Positions 21,143 through 31,403 of a stretch of 64,000 nucleotides of DNA are shown here, piece after piece. The DNA lies in the NCBI GenBank assembly GCA_963728915.1, contig CAVSLV010000001.1:1440001-1504000 (forward strand), given 5' to 3'. Positions within the stretch are counted from its first letter, which is position 1. Each line of letters begins with the position of its first letter. The stretch comes from an uncultured Gemmatimonadales bacterium (GTDB lineage Bacteria > Gemmatimonadota > Gemmatimonadetes > Gemmatimonadales > GWC2-71-9). Position numbers and translations under genes: made by a program. The notes beneath the pieces are model-generated. The model searched no databases. It was not told the DNA's origin and saw nothing but the letters and a program-made list of their open reading frames with translations.

Positions 21143-21988
21143 TCATCGCTCCGCGGTGGTGCCCGAGAAGACCGGCACGCGACGCTCGAAGAACGCGGCG
21201 AGGCCCTCGGCAAATTCCCGTCCTTCGGCGATCCGGGCGAGATGCTGAAGCTCCTGATCCAGGTGGAAGTCGAGCCGGTCCACGCCGAGCGCCTGATTGA
21301 ACAGGGCCTTGGTCACCCCGAACGCGCGGGTCGGTCCGTCGGCCAGCCGCCGAGCCAGGGTCATGACCTCGGCCTGGAACGACTCGACCGGGAAAACCCT
21401 GTTGACCAGGCCCAGCTGCTCGGCCTCGACCGCGGAGAGCCGGGGATTGAGGAGCATCAGCTCCATGGCTTTCCGCATTCCCAGGAGCTGCGGCACAAAG
21501 AAGGTGGAGGATTCCGCGCCGGAGAGTCCGGTCTTGTGATAGGCCCATTCGAACAGAGCCCGGTCCGAGGCCACCACCAGGTCGCACGCCATGGCGAGCC
21601 CTAACCCGCCCGCCGCGGCCATCCCATCCACCGCCGCGATGAACGGCTTGGGGGCCCGGCGGATTTCGGAGATCGCGCTGTGGAGGTACTCGAGGATCTG
21701 CTTGAAACTCTCCCCGTAGGACTGTCCCGGCTCCTCCCCCTCGGGCTGGAGATAGCCAAAGTCGGAGCCCTCTCCGCGCTCCCGCACATATTTGAGATCG
21801 GCCCCGCTGCAGAACACGCCGCCCTCGCCGGTCACGATGACGCATCGGACGGCTTCGTCGCGCGCCATGCGAAGGCCGGCGGCCCGGAACTCCCTTGCCG
21901 TCGTCACATCCATGGCGTTGAAGCGCTGCCGGCGGGCGATGGTGATGACGCCAACACCGTTTTCGCGGGTGGTGAGGATATCAGGCAT
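21143..21988 (-). CDS. Crotonase-fold (enoyl-CoA hydratase family) protein, HypX C-terminal-like
   Basis: FCSGADL, PKPFIAAVDG.AAAGG; lacks the canonical hydratase Glu positions; has AYHKTGLSGAE; located in the hyp operon. Confidence 0.85.
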   Translation of the reverse strand: MPDILTTRENGVGVITIARRQRFNAMDVTTAREFRAAGLRMARDEAVRCVIVTGEGGVFCSGADLKYVRERGEGSDFGYLQPEGEEPGQSYGESFKQILEYLHSAISEIRRAPKPFIAAVDGMAAAGGLGLAMACDLVVASDRALFEWAYHKTGLSGAESSTFFVPQLLGMRKAMELMLLNPRLSAVEAEQLGLVNRVFPVESFQAEVMTLARRLADGPTRAFGVTKALFNQALGVDRLDFHLDQELQHLARIAEGREFAEGLAAFFERRVPVFSGTTAER

Positions 21989-22718
21989 AGACCGCCACGG
22001 GGATCGCCGGTTCGGGCCTCCGATTCCGCCCTTCGACGGCGAGGGCAATCGCTCTCTTGAGGAGGCCGCCCCACGCCGAGCGCATCATCCATTCCCGGTG
22101 CGCGAAGGCGTAGGCTTTGAGCATCTTCTTCGCTCCCAGCCGCCTCGCCTCCGCAACCATGGGGCTGGCGGGGAACGAGCGGGATCGCAGCAGGACCCGC
22201 CCGGCATCGAGCTCCGGAGTGACCAGGTGCACACAAGTCCGGGTCGCCGCCTCTCCAGCCGCGAGCGCGTCGTAGGTGGCGTGGAGACCGCGGTACTTCG
22301 GCAGCCCATCCGCTCCGAGGATCGTGAGATCGGCATCGTGAATGTTCAGGATCCGGCCCGGATAGGCGTCCAGCACGGGCGCGGTCAGGATATGGAGATA
22401 GGCATCGAGCAGGACCAGGTCCGGCCGGTACGCCTCGAGAAACCGGACCGTACGCGCATCGAATCGCTGGCGGCAGTTCAGATCGGAGACCCTGGACTCC
22501 TGCTCGCGACAGAATTGGCGAAGGTCGTGAATGGCGCAGGGAATGTCGGCGGCCGCAAGGAGCCCGGCGGTTTCCGCCAGGGGTTCGGTGGCGATGCCGA
22601 CGACCAGCTCGTACGACGTTCCCCGGGCGGGATCATCGAGAAGGAACTCAATCCCCGGGGCCCGATTGGTGGTCAGCAGGGCCACGCGAAGAGGCGGGTT
22701 CACCAGGAATTGTGGCAT
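21981..22718 (-). CDS. N10-formyl-THF-dependent formyltransferase (PurN-like), HypX N-terminal-like
   Basis: ILNIHDAD (N-x-H), YRGLHA, VHLVTPELDAG (catalytic Asp); coupled to hypE. Confidence 0.85.
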   Translation of the reverse strand: MPQFLVNPPLRVALLTTNRAPGIEFLLDDPARGTSYELVVGIATEPLAETAGLLAAADIPCAIHDLRQFCREQESRVSDLNCRQRFDARTVRFLEAYRPDLVLLDAYLHILTAPVLDAYPGRILNIHDADLTILGADGLPKYRGLHATYDALAAGEAATRTCVHLVTPELDAGRVLLRSRSFPASPMVAEARRLGAKKMLKAYAFAHREWMMRSAWGGLLKRAIALAVEGRNRRPEPAIPVAVYA

Positions 22719-23758
22719 CAGCAGATCCGGGGCAGCGGTTCACCATCGGGCTCCGCCATCAGCCGGCGGCCCAGACCGGTATCGAGAATGACCTGACCCG
22801 GCCGTTCCGCGATGCATTCCCCTACGATGGCCGCCTCGGCGCCGAGCGGGTGGGCCCGAAGGACCTCGAGTACCCGCTCCGCATCGCCGGGGCGAACCCC
22901 GATCACCGCTTTCCCTTCGTTGGCGATGTGGAAGGGATCGAGGCCGAGCATCTCGGCCGCCGAACGAACGACCGGGGACACCGGAACCTGGGGCTCATGG
23001 ATGACGATGCCGACCCGGCTCTTCTCCGCCATCTCGTGGAGGGCGCTTGCCGCGCCGCCGCGGGTGGGGTCCTTCATGGCCGTGATGCCTTCCGGCGCCG
23101 CCGCGAGCATGGAGCGGATCAATCCATTGATCGGCGCCACGTCCGAGCGGAGGGCCCCTTCCAGGTTCAGCTCGTGACGCCGGGCCATCAGGGCAATCCC
23201 GTGATCGCCGATCGTCCCGGTGAAGAGAATGCGATCGCCCACCCTGAGCCCGGCGTCGGACACGACCCGATCGGTGATCGCGACGCCGGTGGTATTGATC
23301 ACGATTCCGTCGAGCTCCCCGCGGCCCATCACCTTGGTGTCCCCGGTCACGACCGGCGCGCCGGCCTCGATGCTGGTCTCCCGCATCGACTGCTGGATCC
23401 GGAGCAGGTCGCTCCGGCGGAAGCCCTCCTCGAGAATGATGGCGCTGGTGAGCCCCAGGGGCTCGGTGGCGCCCATCATGGCGAGGTCGTTCACCGTCCC
23501 GGCGATCGCGAGGCGGCCGATATCTCCCCCCGGAAAGAAGACCGGATGCACCACGTGAGAATCGGTGGTGAGAACGAGCCACTGGTCGCCGATGCGGAAG
23601 GTGGCTCCGTCGTCCATGGCGGCGAGCCCGATGCCTTCGGCGCGGGACTCGGGGAATCCGACCGTCAGGGTTTCCTCGATGAGCCGGCGCATCGCGCGGC
23701 CGCCGGCGCCGTGCCGGAGCGTGATCATCTCGTCACGGGTCTGGATGGTGCACGTCAT
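22718..23758 (-). CDS. hypE: Hydrogenase maturation carbamoyl dehydratase HypE
   Basis: HGAGG, TTDSHVVHPVFFPGGDIG, DPTRGG, C-terminal PRIC. Confidence 0.96.
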   Translation of the reverse strand: MTCTIQTRDEMITLRHGAGGRAMRRLIEETLTVGFPESRAEGIGLAAMDDGATFRIGDQWLVLTTDSHVVHPVFFPGGDIGRLAIAGTVNDLAMMGATEPLGLTSAIILEEGFRRSDLLRIQQSMRETSIEAGAPVVTGDTKVMGRGELDGIVINTTGVAITDRVVSDAGLRVGDRILFTGTIGDHGIALMARRHELNLEGALRSDVAPINGLIRSMLAAAPEGITAMKDPTRGGAASALHEMAEKSRVGIVIHEPQVPVSPVVRSAAEMLGLDPFHIANEGKAVIGVRPGDAERVLEVLRAHPLGAEAAIVGECIAERPGQVILDTGLGRRLMAEPDGEPLPRIC

Positions 23759-24888
23759 AACACGGGGTGCCCTCCGTACTGATACCAGATCTTGCAGGTG
23801 CCTTCGCTCGAAACCATGCAGGCGCCGACCGGGGTGTCGGGGGTGCATTCCTTCCCGAAGAGCGGGCATTTCACCGGCGCGCTCAGCCCCGCCATGATGT
23901 CGCCGCAGAGGCAGCTCTGGGTGAGGGTGGACGGGGCGTAGGTCCACAGGCGCCGCAGATCGATCGCGAATCGCCGGCGGGCATCGAGCCCCGCAAATTC
24001 ATCGCGGAGCCGGAGGTTGCCGTTGGGCACGTGGGCGATCCCGCGCCAGTTGCCGCCAGTCGGCCGGAACACCTTCCAGAGCTGGGCCTGGGCATTCCGG
24101 TTTCCCTCCGGGGTCACGCAGCGGGGAAACATGTTGACCACCCTGGGCGTCCCGTCCCGCACCAGCTCGACCAGCTTGACCAGACCCGCCAGGATATCGA
24201 GCGGCTCGAACCCCGCGACCACGACCGGGATCCGGTGGTGCTCGACGAACCGCTCGAAGATGGCCGAGCCGGTGATCGCGGCGGCGTGCCCGGCGGCGAG
24301 GAATCCTTCCACTTTGGTGCCGGGCATTTCGGCCACGATTTCCATGACCGGAGGGATGTACTTGTGGGCGGAGAGCACCGAGAAATTGGGGGGCGGGTCG
24401 CCCAGCACGACCGCCGCGGTCGCCACCGCCGTGGTTTCGAATCCGCTGGCAAAGAAGACCACTTCCTCGCTGGTGTCGCGCGCCAGCTCGACCGCTTCCG
24501 CCGCGCTGTAGATGACCTCGATCCGGCCCCCTTCGGCCTGGGCATCGCCGAGCGACTTGACGCTGCCGGGCACCCGGACCATGTCGCCGTAGGTCGCGAT
24601 GATCTTGCCGTCCTGCGCGAGCGCGACCGCTTCGTCGACTTCGGGAACATCGGTCACACACACCGGACAGCCCGGCCCCATGATCACGTTCAGGGCGCGA
24701 GGCAGCACGCTCCGCAGTCCGAACTTGGCGATGGACTGCTCATGGCTCCCGCACACGTGCATGACCGACACCGGGGCCCGGCCGATCTGGTCGCACAGAT
24801 GGCTCAGCGCCCCGGTCAGGGCGCGGGCCCTGGCGGGATCGCGGAATCGCAGCTGGGCAATGCCCCGGTCCAGAACGGCGTCAGACAT
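23755..24888 (-). CDS. hypD: Hydrogenase maturation protein HypD
   Basis: MHVCGSH, GPGCPVC, GFETT, GACMVSSEGTC. Confidence 0.97.
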   Translation of the reverse strand: MSDAVLDRGIAQLRFRDPARARALTGALSHLCDQIGRAPVSVMHVCGSHEQSIAKFGLRSVLPRALNVIMGPGCPVCVTDVPEVDEAVALAQDGKIIATYGDMVRVPGSVKSLGDAQAEGGRIEVIYSAAEAVELARDTSEEVVFFASGFETTAVATAAVVLGDPPPNFSVLSAHKYIPPVMEIVAEMPGTKVEGFLAAGHAAAITGSAIFERFVEHHRIPVVVAGFEPLDILAGLVKLVELVRDGTPRVVNMFPRCVTPEGNRNAQAQLWKVFRPTGGNWRGIAHVPNGNLRLRDEFAGLDARRRFAIDLRRLWTYAPSTLTQSCLCGDIMAGLSAPVKCPLFGKECTPDTPVGACMVSSEGTCKIWYQYGGHPVL

Positions 24889-25171
24889 CGGCGGCTCCGG
24901 GGCGGACGGCGGCGATCTCGCCCCGCACGTCGGCGGCCATCATATCGCTCTCGGCTTCCTTGAGCAGCAGCTCGTAGAGCGCAAGGGTCTCCTGGATCTC
25001 GCCCTCGGGAATCTTCCGGATGGCAAAGCCCACGTGATTCAGGATGTAGTCGCCGGGCGCAACCGCCTGGTCCACCACGTCGAGGCGGGTTTCCCGGCGC
25101 ACTCCCCAGAAATCCACCAGCGCGGTCTGCCCGCGAACTTCGATGACCTTACCGGGCACGCCTAGGCACAT
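24881..25171 (-). CDS. hypC: Hydrogenase maturation chaperone HypC
   Basis: MCLGVPG; GDYILNHVGFA. Confidence 0.96.
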   Translation of the reverse strand: MCLGVPGKVIEVRGQTALVDFWGVRRETRLDVVDQAVAPGDYILNHVGFAIRKIPEGEIQETLALYELLLKEAESDMMAADVRGEIAAVRPGAADV

Positions 25172-27515
25172 GGGTTCACCTCCCGCGCGAGAATCGCCGC
25201 GGCCACCGCGGCCTGACCGTAGCTGATCGCGCCGTCATTGGGCGGTAGCCGCCGGGGCGCCAGCACGCGAAAGCCGGACTGCGCGAAGCGCCGGCTCAGG
25301 GACTCGAGCAACCTTCCGTTCTGGAATACCCCGCCGCCCAGGGCGATGGTCCGGATCCCGCTTTCCTCCGCGACCCGCCGCACCAGGGCGGCCAGCGCCC
25401 AGGCCACGCTGGCGTGGAAGTCGGCGGCGAGATCGGCGACCGGCTCGCCGCGGCGGCGGCGGGTGCCTAACACGGCGAGCAGCGGCAACGGATCCAGCAC
25501 CAGGCGCCCATCCTGTTCGAGAAAGCCGGACGGGTATTCCGTCGCGGGACGCCGGCCGGCCAGGGCCTCCAGCTCCATGGCCGCCTGTCCCTCATAGGCG
25601 GCCTCGTGCCGGACCCCGAGGATTGCCGCGGCCGCATCGAACAGGCGGCCCATGGATGACGCCAGCGGCGCATTCAGTCCCCGGGCGATCTGTCGCTCGA
25701 CCAGGTCGCGCTCCACCGGGGAAACGCCCTGGAAGGCCAGGGCGAACGCCCCCGCGAAGCCCGGCTCGATCGAGAGGTAGCCGGCCGCGGCCCGCCAGGG
25801 AGACCGCGCCGCGCGATCGCCTCCGGGCAGCGGAGCGGGGAGAAGATGGGCGGCGCGACGGTACCCGGTCAGATCCCCCACCAGCACCTCGCCACCCCAG
25901 GTCGTCCCGTCGTCTCCATAACCCGCGCCATCCAGGGCGAGCCCGATGACCGGCTCGGTGACGCCGTGTTCGGCCATGACCGCCGCGATGTGGGCATGGT
26001 GGTGCTGCACCACCAGGACGCGGGGCAGCCCCATCTCCTCGGCGAGCCGGCTGGAGAGGTACTCGGGGTGGGCGTCGCGCACCACCACCTCGGGCGCGAT
26101 CGCGAAGAGCCGCCGGAAGCGGGCCAGACTTCGATCGAAGTGCTCGAGGGTCTCCAGGTTCTCCAGGTCGCCCAGGTGCTGGCTGACCCAGGCGGCGGCG
26201 CCTTCGGCGAGGGTGAAGGTGTTCTTGAGCAGTGGCCCGACCGCGAGGAGCGGCACCGGAGCGGACACCGGCAGGCGCAGCGGCATCGGGGCAAAGCCGC
26301 GGGCCCGCCGGATCAGGACCGGCCGCTCCTCGACCACGCGGACCACCGAATCGTCGTAGCGGGTCACGATCTCGCGATCGTGCAGCAGGAACCCGTCGGC
26401 GATTCCGGCGAGCCGCGCCAGAGCCTCCGCGTTGCCGGTCGCGATCGGCTCGTCGCTCTGATTCCCGCTGGTCATGACCAGCGGCCCACCCACCGCCTCG
26501 AGCAGCAGGTGATGCAGCGGGGTATAGGCCAGCAGGACACCGATCCGGGTCAGGCCGGGCGCGACCGAGGGCGCGACCGGGGCGTCTTCCTGCCGCAAGC
26601 CGAGCACGATGGGGCGCTCGGCCGAGGCGAGCAACCGCCGCTCGGCGTCGGTCAACTGGGCCAGGACGGTCGGCCTCGTCCACGGTCCGTACCATGACCG
26701 CGAACGGCTTGGCGTCCCGGTGCTTCCGGGCGCGCAGCCGCTCGACCGCGGCCGGATTGGCGGGGTCAATGGCGAGGTGGAACCCGCCTAACCCGCGCAC
26801 CGCGAGGATCGCCGCCCCGGTCCAGGAGCCCCACCGCCTCGGTCAGCGCCTCTTCCATTCCGCCGTTCCGTCCGTCCGCCGGTCCGCCTGACTTGTCCGC
26901 CGGTCCGCCGGTCCGCCCATCCGCCTGATACCAGATCCGCGGGCCGCACTCGGGGCAGCTGTTGCTCTCCGAGCGGTAGCGCCGGCTGGCCGGATCCTGG
27001 TACTCGGCGAGGCAGGCGGGACATGGCGGGAAAGCGGCCATACTGGTGCGCTCCCGATCGTAGGGCAGGGCCTCGATGATCGTGTAGCGCGGACCGCATT
27101 CGGTACAGGTGATGAACGGGTAGCGATAGCGGCGATCCGACGGATCGAACAGCTCCTCGAGACACGCCTCGCAGATGCCGACGTCAGGAGAGACCAGTCC
27201 GGTGAGCGGTGACGCCTCGCTGGGAAGGATGGCGAAGCCCCCGAACCCCGACGGGGGTTCCGGCAGAAGATCGATCGCCTCGATCCGGGCGAGCGGAGGG
27301 GCCTCAATCCGGAGCTCCTGGAGAAAGGCATCGAGCTCGAGTCCGGCGCCCTCCAGCGCGATCTGCACCTCTCCGGTGGTATTTCTCACCCACCCGTCGA
27401 GCCCATGACGAACCGCCAGCCGGTACACGAAGGGACGGAACCCCACCCCCTGCACCAGGCCGGTGACCCGGAGACGAACCGCGGCGCGCCCGGCGCCGGT
27501 GCTCAGAGTCACCAT
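25162..27515 (-). CDS. hypF: Carbamoyltransferase HypF (frameshifts near 26680-26810)
   Basis: [12 protein letters not shown], Zn fingers, [30 protein letters not shown], distributed over three frames. Confidence 0.95.
26858..26926 (-). repeat. Degenerate 8-mer tandem repeat (GGCGGACN) in frame inside hypF
   Basis: Minus strand ggcggatg ggcggacc ggcggacc ggcggacaagtca ggcggacc ggcggacg gacggaac ggcggaat; encodes [22 protein letters not shown]. Confidence 0.8.
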
Positions 27516-28210
27516 GGGCGACGCGGACAGACGGAGGCGGAGGCGGGGAACGCGGGGCGCGCCTCGACGCGCAGGAACTCCAGCCACTCGTCGAGGCCTT
27601 CGCCGGTGCGGGCGGAGGTCCGGAAGAAACGAAGGTCCGGGTTCACGGACCGCGCGTTGGCAATCGCGAGGTCCACGTCGAAGGACAGGTGGGGCAGCAG
27701 GTCGATCTTGTTGAGGACCGCGAAACTCGCCTTGCGGAACATCCCCGGATACTTGAGCGGCTTGTCTTCTCCTTCGGTCACCGAAAACACCACGATCTTG
27801 GCCGTCTCGCCGAGGTCCCAGCTCGCGGGACAGACCAGGTTGCCGACGTTCTCGATGAAGAGCAGCTGGGTCGTGGCCAGGTCGATGGCCTCGAGCGCCC
27901 GGGTGACCTGGCTGGCATCGAGGTGGCAGGCGCCTCCGGTCACCACCGCCTGGACCAGCCGGTCGGTGTGGCTCGCCAGACGATCGGCGTCGTTCTGGGT
28001 CTGCACGTCGCCGGTGATGACCGCCATCTCGATCTCGGGGCCGAGTTGCGCGAGGGTGCGCTCGAGCAGCGAGGTCTTCCCGGAGCCGGGGGACGACACC
28101 AGGTTGAAGGCCGGCACGCCCGCCTCCCGAAGCCGGCGCCGGACGGCGTCCGCCAGCTCGTCGTTCCGGGCCATGACCCGTTCGCGCACTTCAATCGTTC
28201 GGACGGCCAT
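27509..28210 (-). CDS. hypB: Hydrogenase nickel incorporation GTPase HypB
   Basis: NLVSSPGSGKT, GGACHLDA, ENVGNLVCPA, EGEDKPLKYP. Confidence 0.96.
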   Translation of the reverse strand: MAVRTIEVRERVMARNDELADAVRRRLREAGVPAFNLVSSPGSGKTSLLERTLAQLGPEIEMAVITGDVQTQNDADRLASHTDRLVQAVVTGGACHLDASQVTRALEAIDLATTQLLFIENVGNLVCPASWDLGETAKIVVFSVTEGEDKPLKYPGMFRKASFAVLNKIDLLPHLSFDVDLAIANARSVNPDLRFFRTSARTGEGLDEWLEFLRVEARPAFPASASVCPRRPW

Positions 28211-28451
28211 CATCGATCTCCACGTAGGCCAGCCTGAGGACTTCTCCGGCCGCCGGCACCAGGTCGGCGCGGGCGCCCAGGAACGGCGGCTCCCGCAACA
28301 GCGTCTCGAGGCAGAACCGGAAGTTTTCGATTTCGATCCCGGCGTCGGGGCCGACCTCGACGCCAACGCCGGTCACCCGGCCCGGAGGTTCGCGGTCGAC
28401 CACTTCTTCGGCCAGCCGGCAAACCTCCAGAGCCAGTCCCAGCTCATGCAT
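28191..28451 (-). CDS. hypA: Nickel metallochaperone HypA, short form lacking the Zn finger
   Basis: N-terminal MHEL; C-terminal GEVLRLAYVEID; no CxxC pairs. Confidence 0.8.
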   Translation of the reverse strand: MHELGLALEVCRLAEEVVDREPPGRVTGVGVEVGPDAGIEIENFRFCLETLLREPPFLGARADLVPAAGEVLRLAYVEIDDGRPND

Positions 28452-28939
28452 AGGCCAGTTCCCGCCGGGTGCAGCGATGGCCCAGCCATTCCAGCTGGTC
28501 GATGGTGAGGGCCACCATCTTGCCGATGGCGGAATCCACCCGCGCGCTCAGGGTGCCGGTGAGCTCGATCTGTTCGGGCTGCACCCCGATCGCCATCAGG
28601 GTTTCGGGAAGCGCGTCCCGGAGCTCGGCCAGCGCGAGGACTTCCCTCAGATCGAGCTGGTGGGGGGAGAGCTTGTGGGCGAAGTAGCGGGGGAGGTCCT
28701 CCCGCCGAAGCAGCGCGAGGCTTCCCGGCCTGGCTCCGGTGTTGATCGCATCGAGGAGAATGACCCGCTCGTGAGACTCGAACAGGTGCAGCAGGTTCAT
28801 GCCCCAGGTTCCGCCGTCCACCAGCTCGACGTCCTCGGGGACGATCCACTCCTCGCGCAGCAGGTTCAGCGCGGCGATCCCCGCTCCGTCATCTCCCATC
28901 AGCGAGTTGCCCGAGGCCCAGCACCAGCGTCGTCGTCAT
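28444..28939 (-). CDS. hyaD: Hydrogenase maturation endopeptidase (HyaD/HupD family; frameshift near 28910)
   Basis: MTTTLVLGLG(N)SLMGDDGAG, VDGGT, DAI, SPHQ. Confidence 0.9.
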
Positions 28940-29689
28940 CGGGACTCCTCGTCTTCGAAGGCTTCGTGGGCCGGCACGAACCGGCCCCCGCTCACGATCG
29001 ACGAAATCACCCCGGTACGTTCCAGCTGATCGGCCCGGATCGCGAGATAGATGTGGATCGGAATGAAGGTGAGGAACAGCCAGGTGCCGGCATGGTGGAG
29101 CAACCGGACCACCGGCATCCCGCCGAACACCGGCCCGATCCAGTTGGTCAGGGAATAGATCATCCCGCCCGGATTGGATTGCCCGTAGAGCGCGAACCCC
29201 GACAGCACCATGAAGAAGGTGAGGGCGTAGATCGCGGTGTAGCTGAGCTGCTGGAGCGGGTTATGGCCGAGGTAGCGGGGCGCCTTCTCCGGCCGGATCA
29301 TCAGGTAGAACTTGATCATGCGGAACAGGTTGACCCAGTCGCGGGGACGGATCGGGAAGAGGGCGCCCAATCCGCTCGTAGCGATTCCCCATGAACAGCC
29401 AGTAGACCCGCACGATCCCGGTCATCACCAGCACCGCGGCCGAGGCAAAGTGCAGGAACCGCACCCAGCCCATCAGGAAGTGGGCGCTGGCCTCGCCGCC
29501 GGTCATGAAATAGGGCTTGCCGATATACAGACCGGTCACCACCAGCAGGACCACGCAGGCCGCCGCGGTCCAGTGCATGGCGCGGAGCGGCCACTCCCAC
29601 AGGTACACCCAGCGATAGTCGCCGGTCGGAGGCGGGACCTTGTGGGCCATGGTGATCCCGGGGCGACGCCGGACGCGGGTCTCGCTCAT
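28936..29689 (-). CDS. hyaC: [NiFe]-hydrogenase b-type cytochrome subunit (frameshift near 29370)
   Basis: VYLWEWPLRAMHW, VRFLHF, GHNPLQQ, RLLHH, HIY. Confidence 0.93.
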
Positions 29690-31400
29690 TGCACCTTCAC
29701 CGAAACCACCGGCGCCCCGGTCGCATCGAGCACGTGCACTCCGCACGCCATGCAGGGATCGAACGAGTGGATAGTGCGCAGGATCTCGAGCGGCTCATTG
29801 GGACGTACCAGGGGATGGTTGTCGACCAGCGAGGCCTCGTAGGGCCCCATCTGTCCCTTGTCGTCCCTGGGCGAGCAATTCCAGGTACTGGGCACCACGC
29901 ACTGGTACCGCGCGATCTTCCCGTCCATGATCTGGACCCAGTGGCCCAGCGCGCCTCGGGGAGCATCGAGATAGCCATAGCCCTGGGCGGTCTTGGGCCA
30001 GCTGGAGGGATCCCATTTGCTCTTCTCGAAGGTCCGGGTATCCCCGCTCTTGATCCGCTCGATCAGCTGCCCGAACCAGACTTCCATGCGTCGGGCAAGC
30101 AGGACGGTCTCGATGCCCCGCGCCGCAGTGCGGCCCAGGGTGGAGAAGAGCGCGGCCGGCCCGACATTCAGCTTCTCAGGGTCTGGCCGACCAGCTCCTT
30201 CGCCCCTTCGTGTCCGGAGGCATAGGCGACCAGCATTCGGGCGAGTGGGCCCACCTGCATCGGCTTGCCTTCGTACCGGGGGGCCTTCATCCAGGTGTAC
30301 TTCTGATGGTCCTGGAGATACTCGTAGGGCGGCTTCGGTCCGGTATAGACCGGCTTGGTTTCGCCGGACCAGGGGTGCAGCCCGACCCCATCGCCGTCGG
30401 TGTACTGGTACCAGGAGCTGGTGATGTATTCCTCGACCTGGCGATGATCGTAGGGGTGGACCGTGCTCAGGTCCTTGTCCAGGATGATGCCGCGAGGGAG
30501 ATACAGCTTGTCGAGATCCCGGACATCGGCCTCGGGGAACTCGCCGCAGGCGAGGAAGTTGGGCACCCCGCCCCCGATGGCGGCCCAGTCCTTGTAGAAC
30601 CCGGCGATCGCCACCAGATCGGGCCAGTACACCTGCTCCACGAACTCGCGGGCCCGCCGGATCATGCCCTGGATGTCGACCAGCTTCTCCGCGTTGATCG
30701 TCGCGGTGCCCTCGATATTGATGGCGCTCGCCATCCCGCCCACCAGAAAATTGGGGTGGGGATTCTTTCCGCCGAAGATGGTATGCACCCGGATGACGTC
30801 TCGCTGCCAGTCGAGCGCCTCGAGGTAATGGGCCACCGCGAGGAGGTTCACTTCGGGCGGAAGCTTGTAGGCGGGATGGCCCCAGTAGCCGTTCTGGAAA
30901 ATGCCGAGCTGACCACCGCCGGCGAATTTCTTGAGGCGGTCCTGGACCGACCGATAGTAGGTCTCGGAGTTGTTGGGCCAGGGGGAGATGCTCTTCGCGA
31001 TGCGCGCGGTGCCCGCCGGGTCGGCGCTCAAGGCGCTGATCACGTCCACCCAATCGAGCGCGTGGAGATGGTAGAAGTGGATCACGTGATCCTGGATGAA
31101 CTGCATCCCGTGGATCAGATTCCGGATGATGTTCGCATTGGGCGGAATGGTGATGTCGAGCGCGTCTTCCACGGCGCGGCAGGATGCCACCGCATGAACC
31201 ACGGTACACACGCCGCAGATGCGCTGGGTGAAGGCCCAGGCGTCCCGGGGATCGCGGCCCTGGAGAATGATCTCGATTCCCCGGAACTGGGTCGAATGGG
31301 CCCACGCATTGGTGATCCGCCCGGCATCCGCCTGCGCCTCGATCCGGAGGTGCCCCTCGATACGGGTGATGGGATCAACGACGACCTTGGTCACGGCCAT
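29686..31400 (-). CDS. hyaB: Group 1 [NiFe]-hydrogenase large subunit (frameshift near 30175)
   Basis: DPITRIEGHLRIE; L1 QRICGVCTVVH; L2 SFDPCMACGVH plus a cleavable tail. Confidence 0.97.
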
Positions 31401-31403
31401 GGC

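Noticed and set aside
21981..22718. Housekeeping purN
   Set aside because: Embedded in the hyp operon with no pur genes, and lacks the typical PurN SGxGSN phosphate-binding loop.
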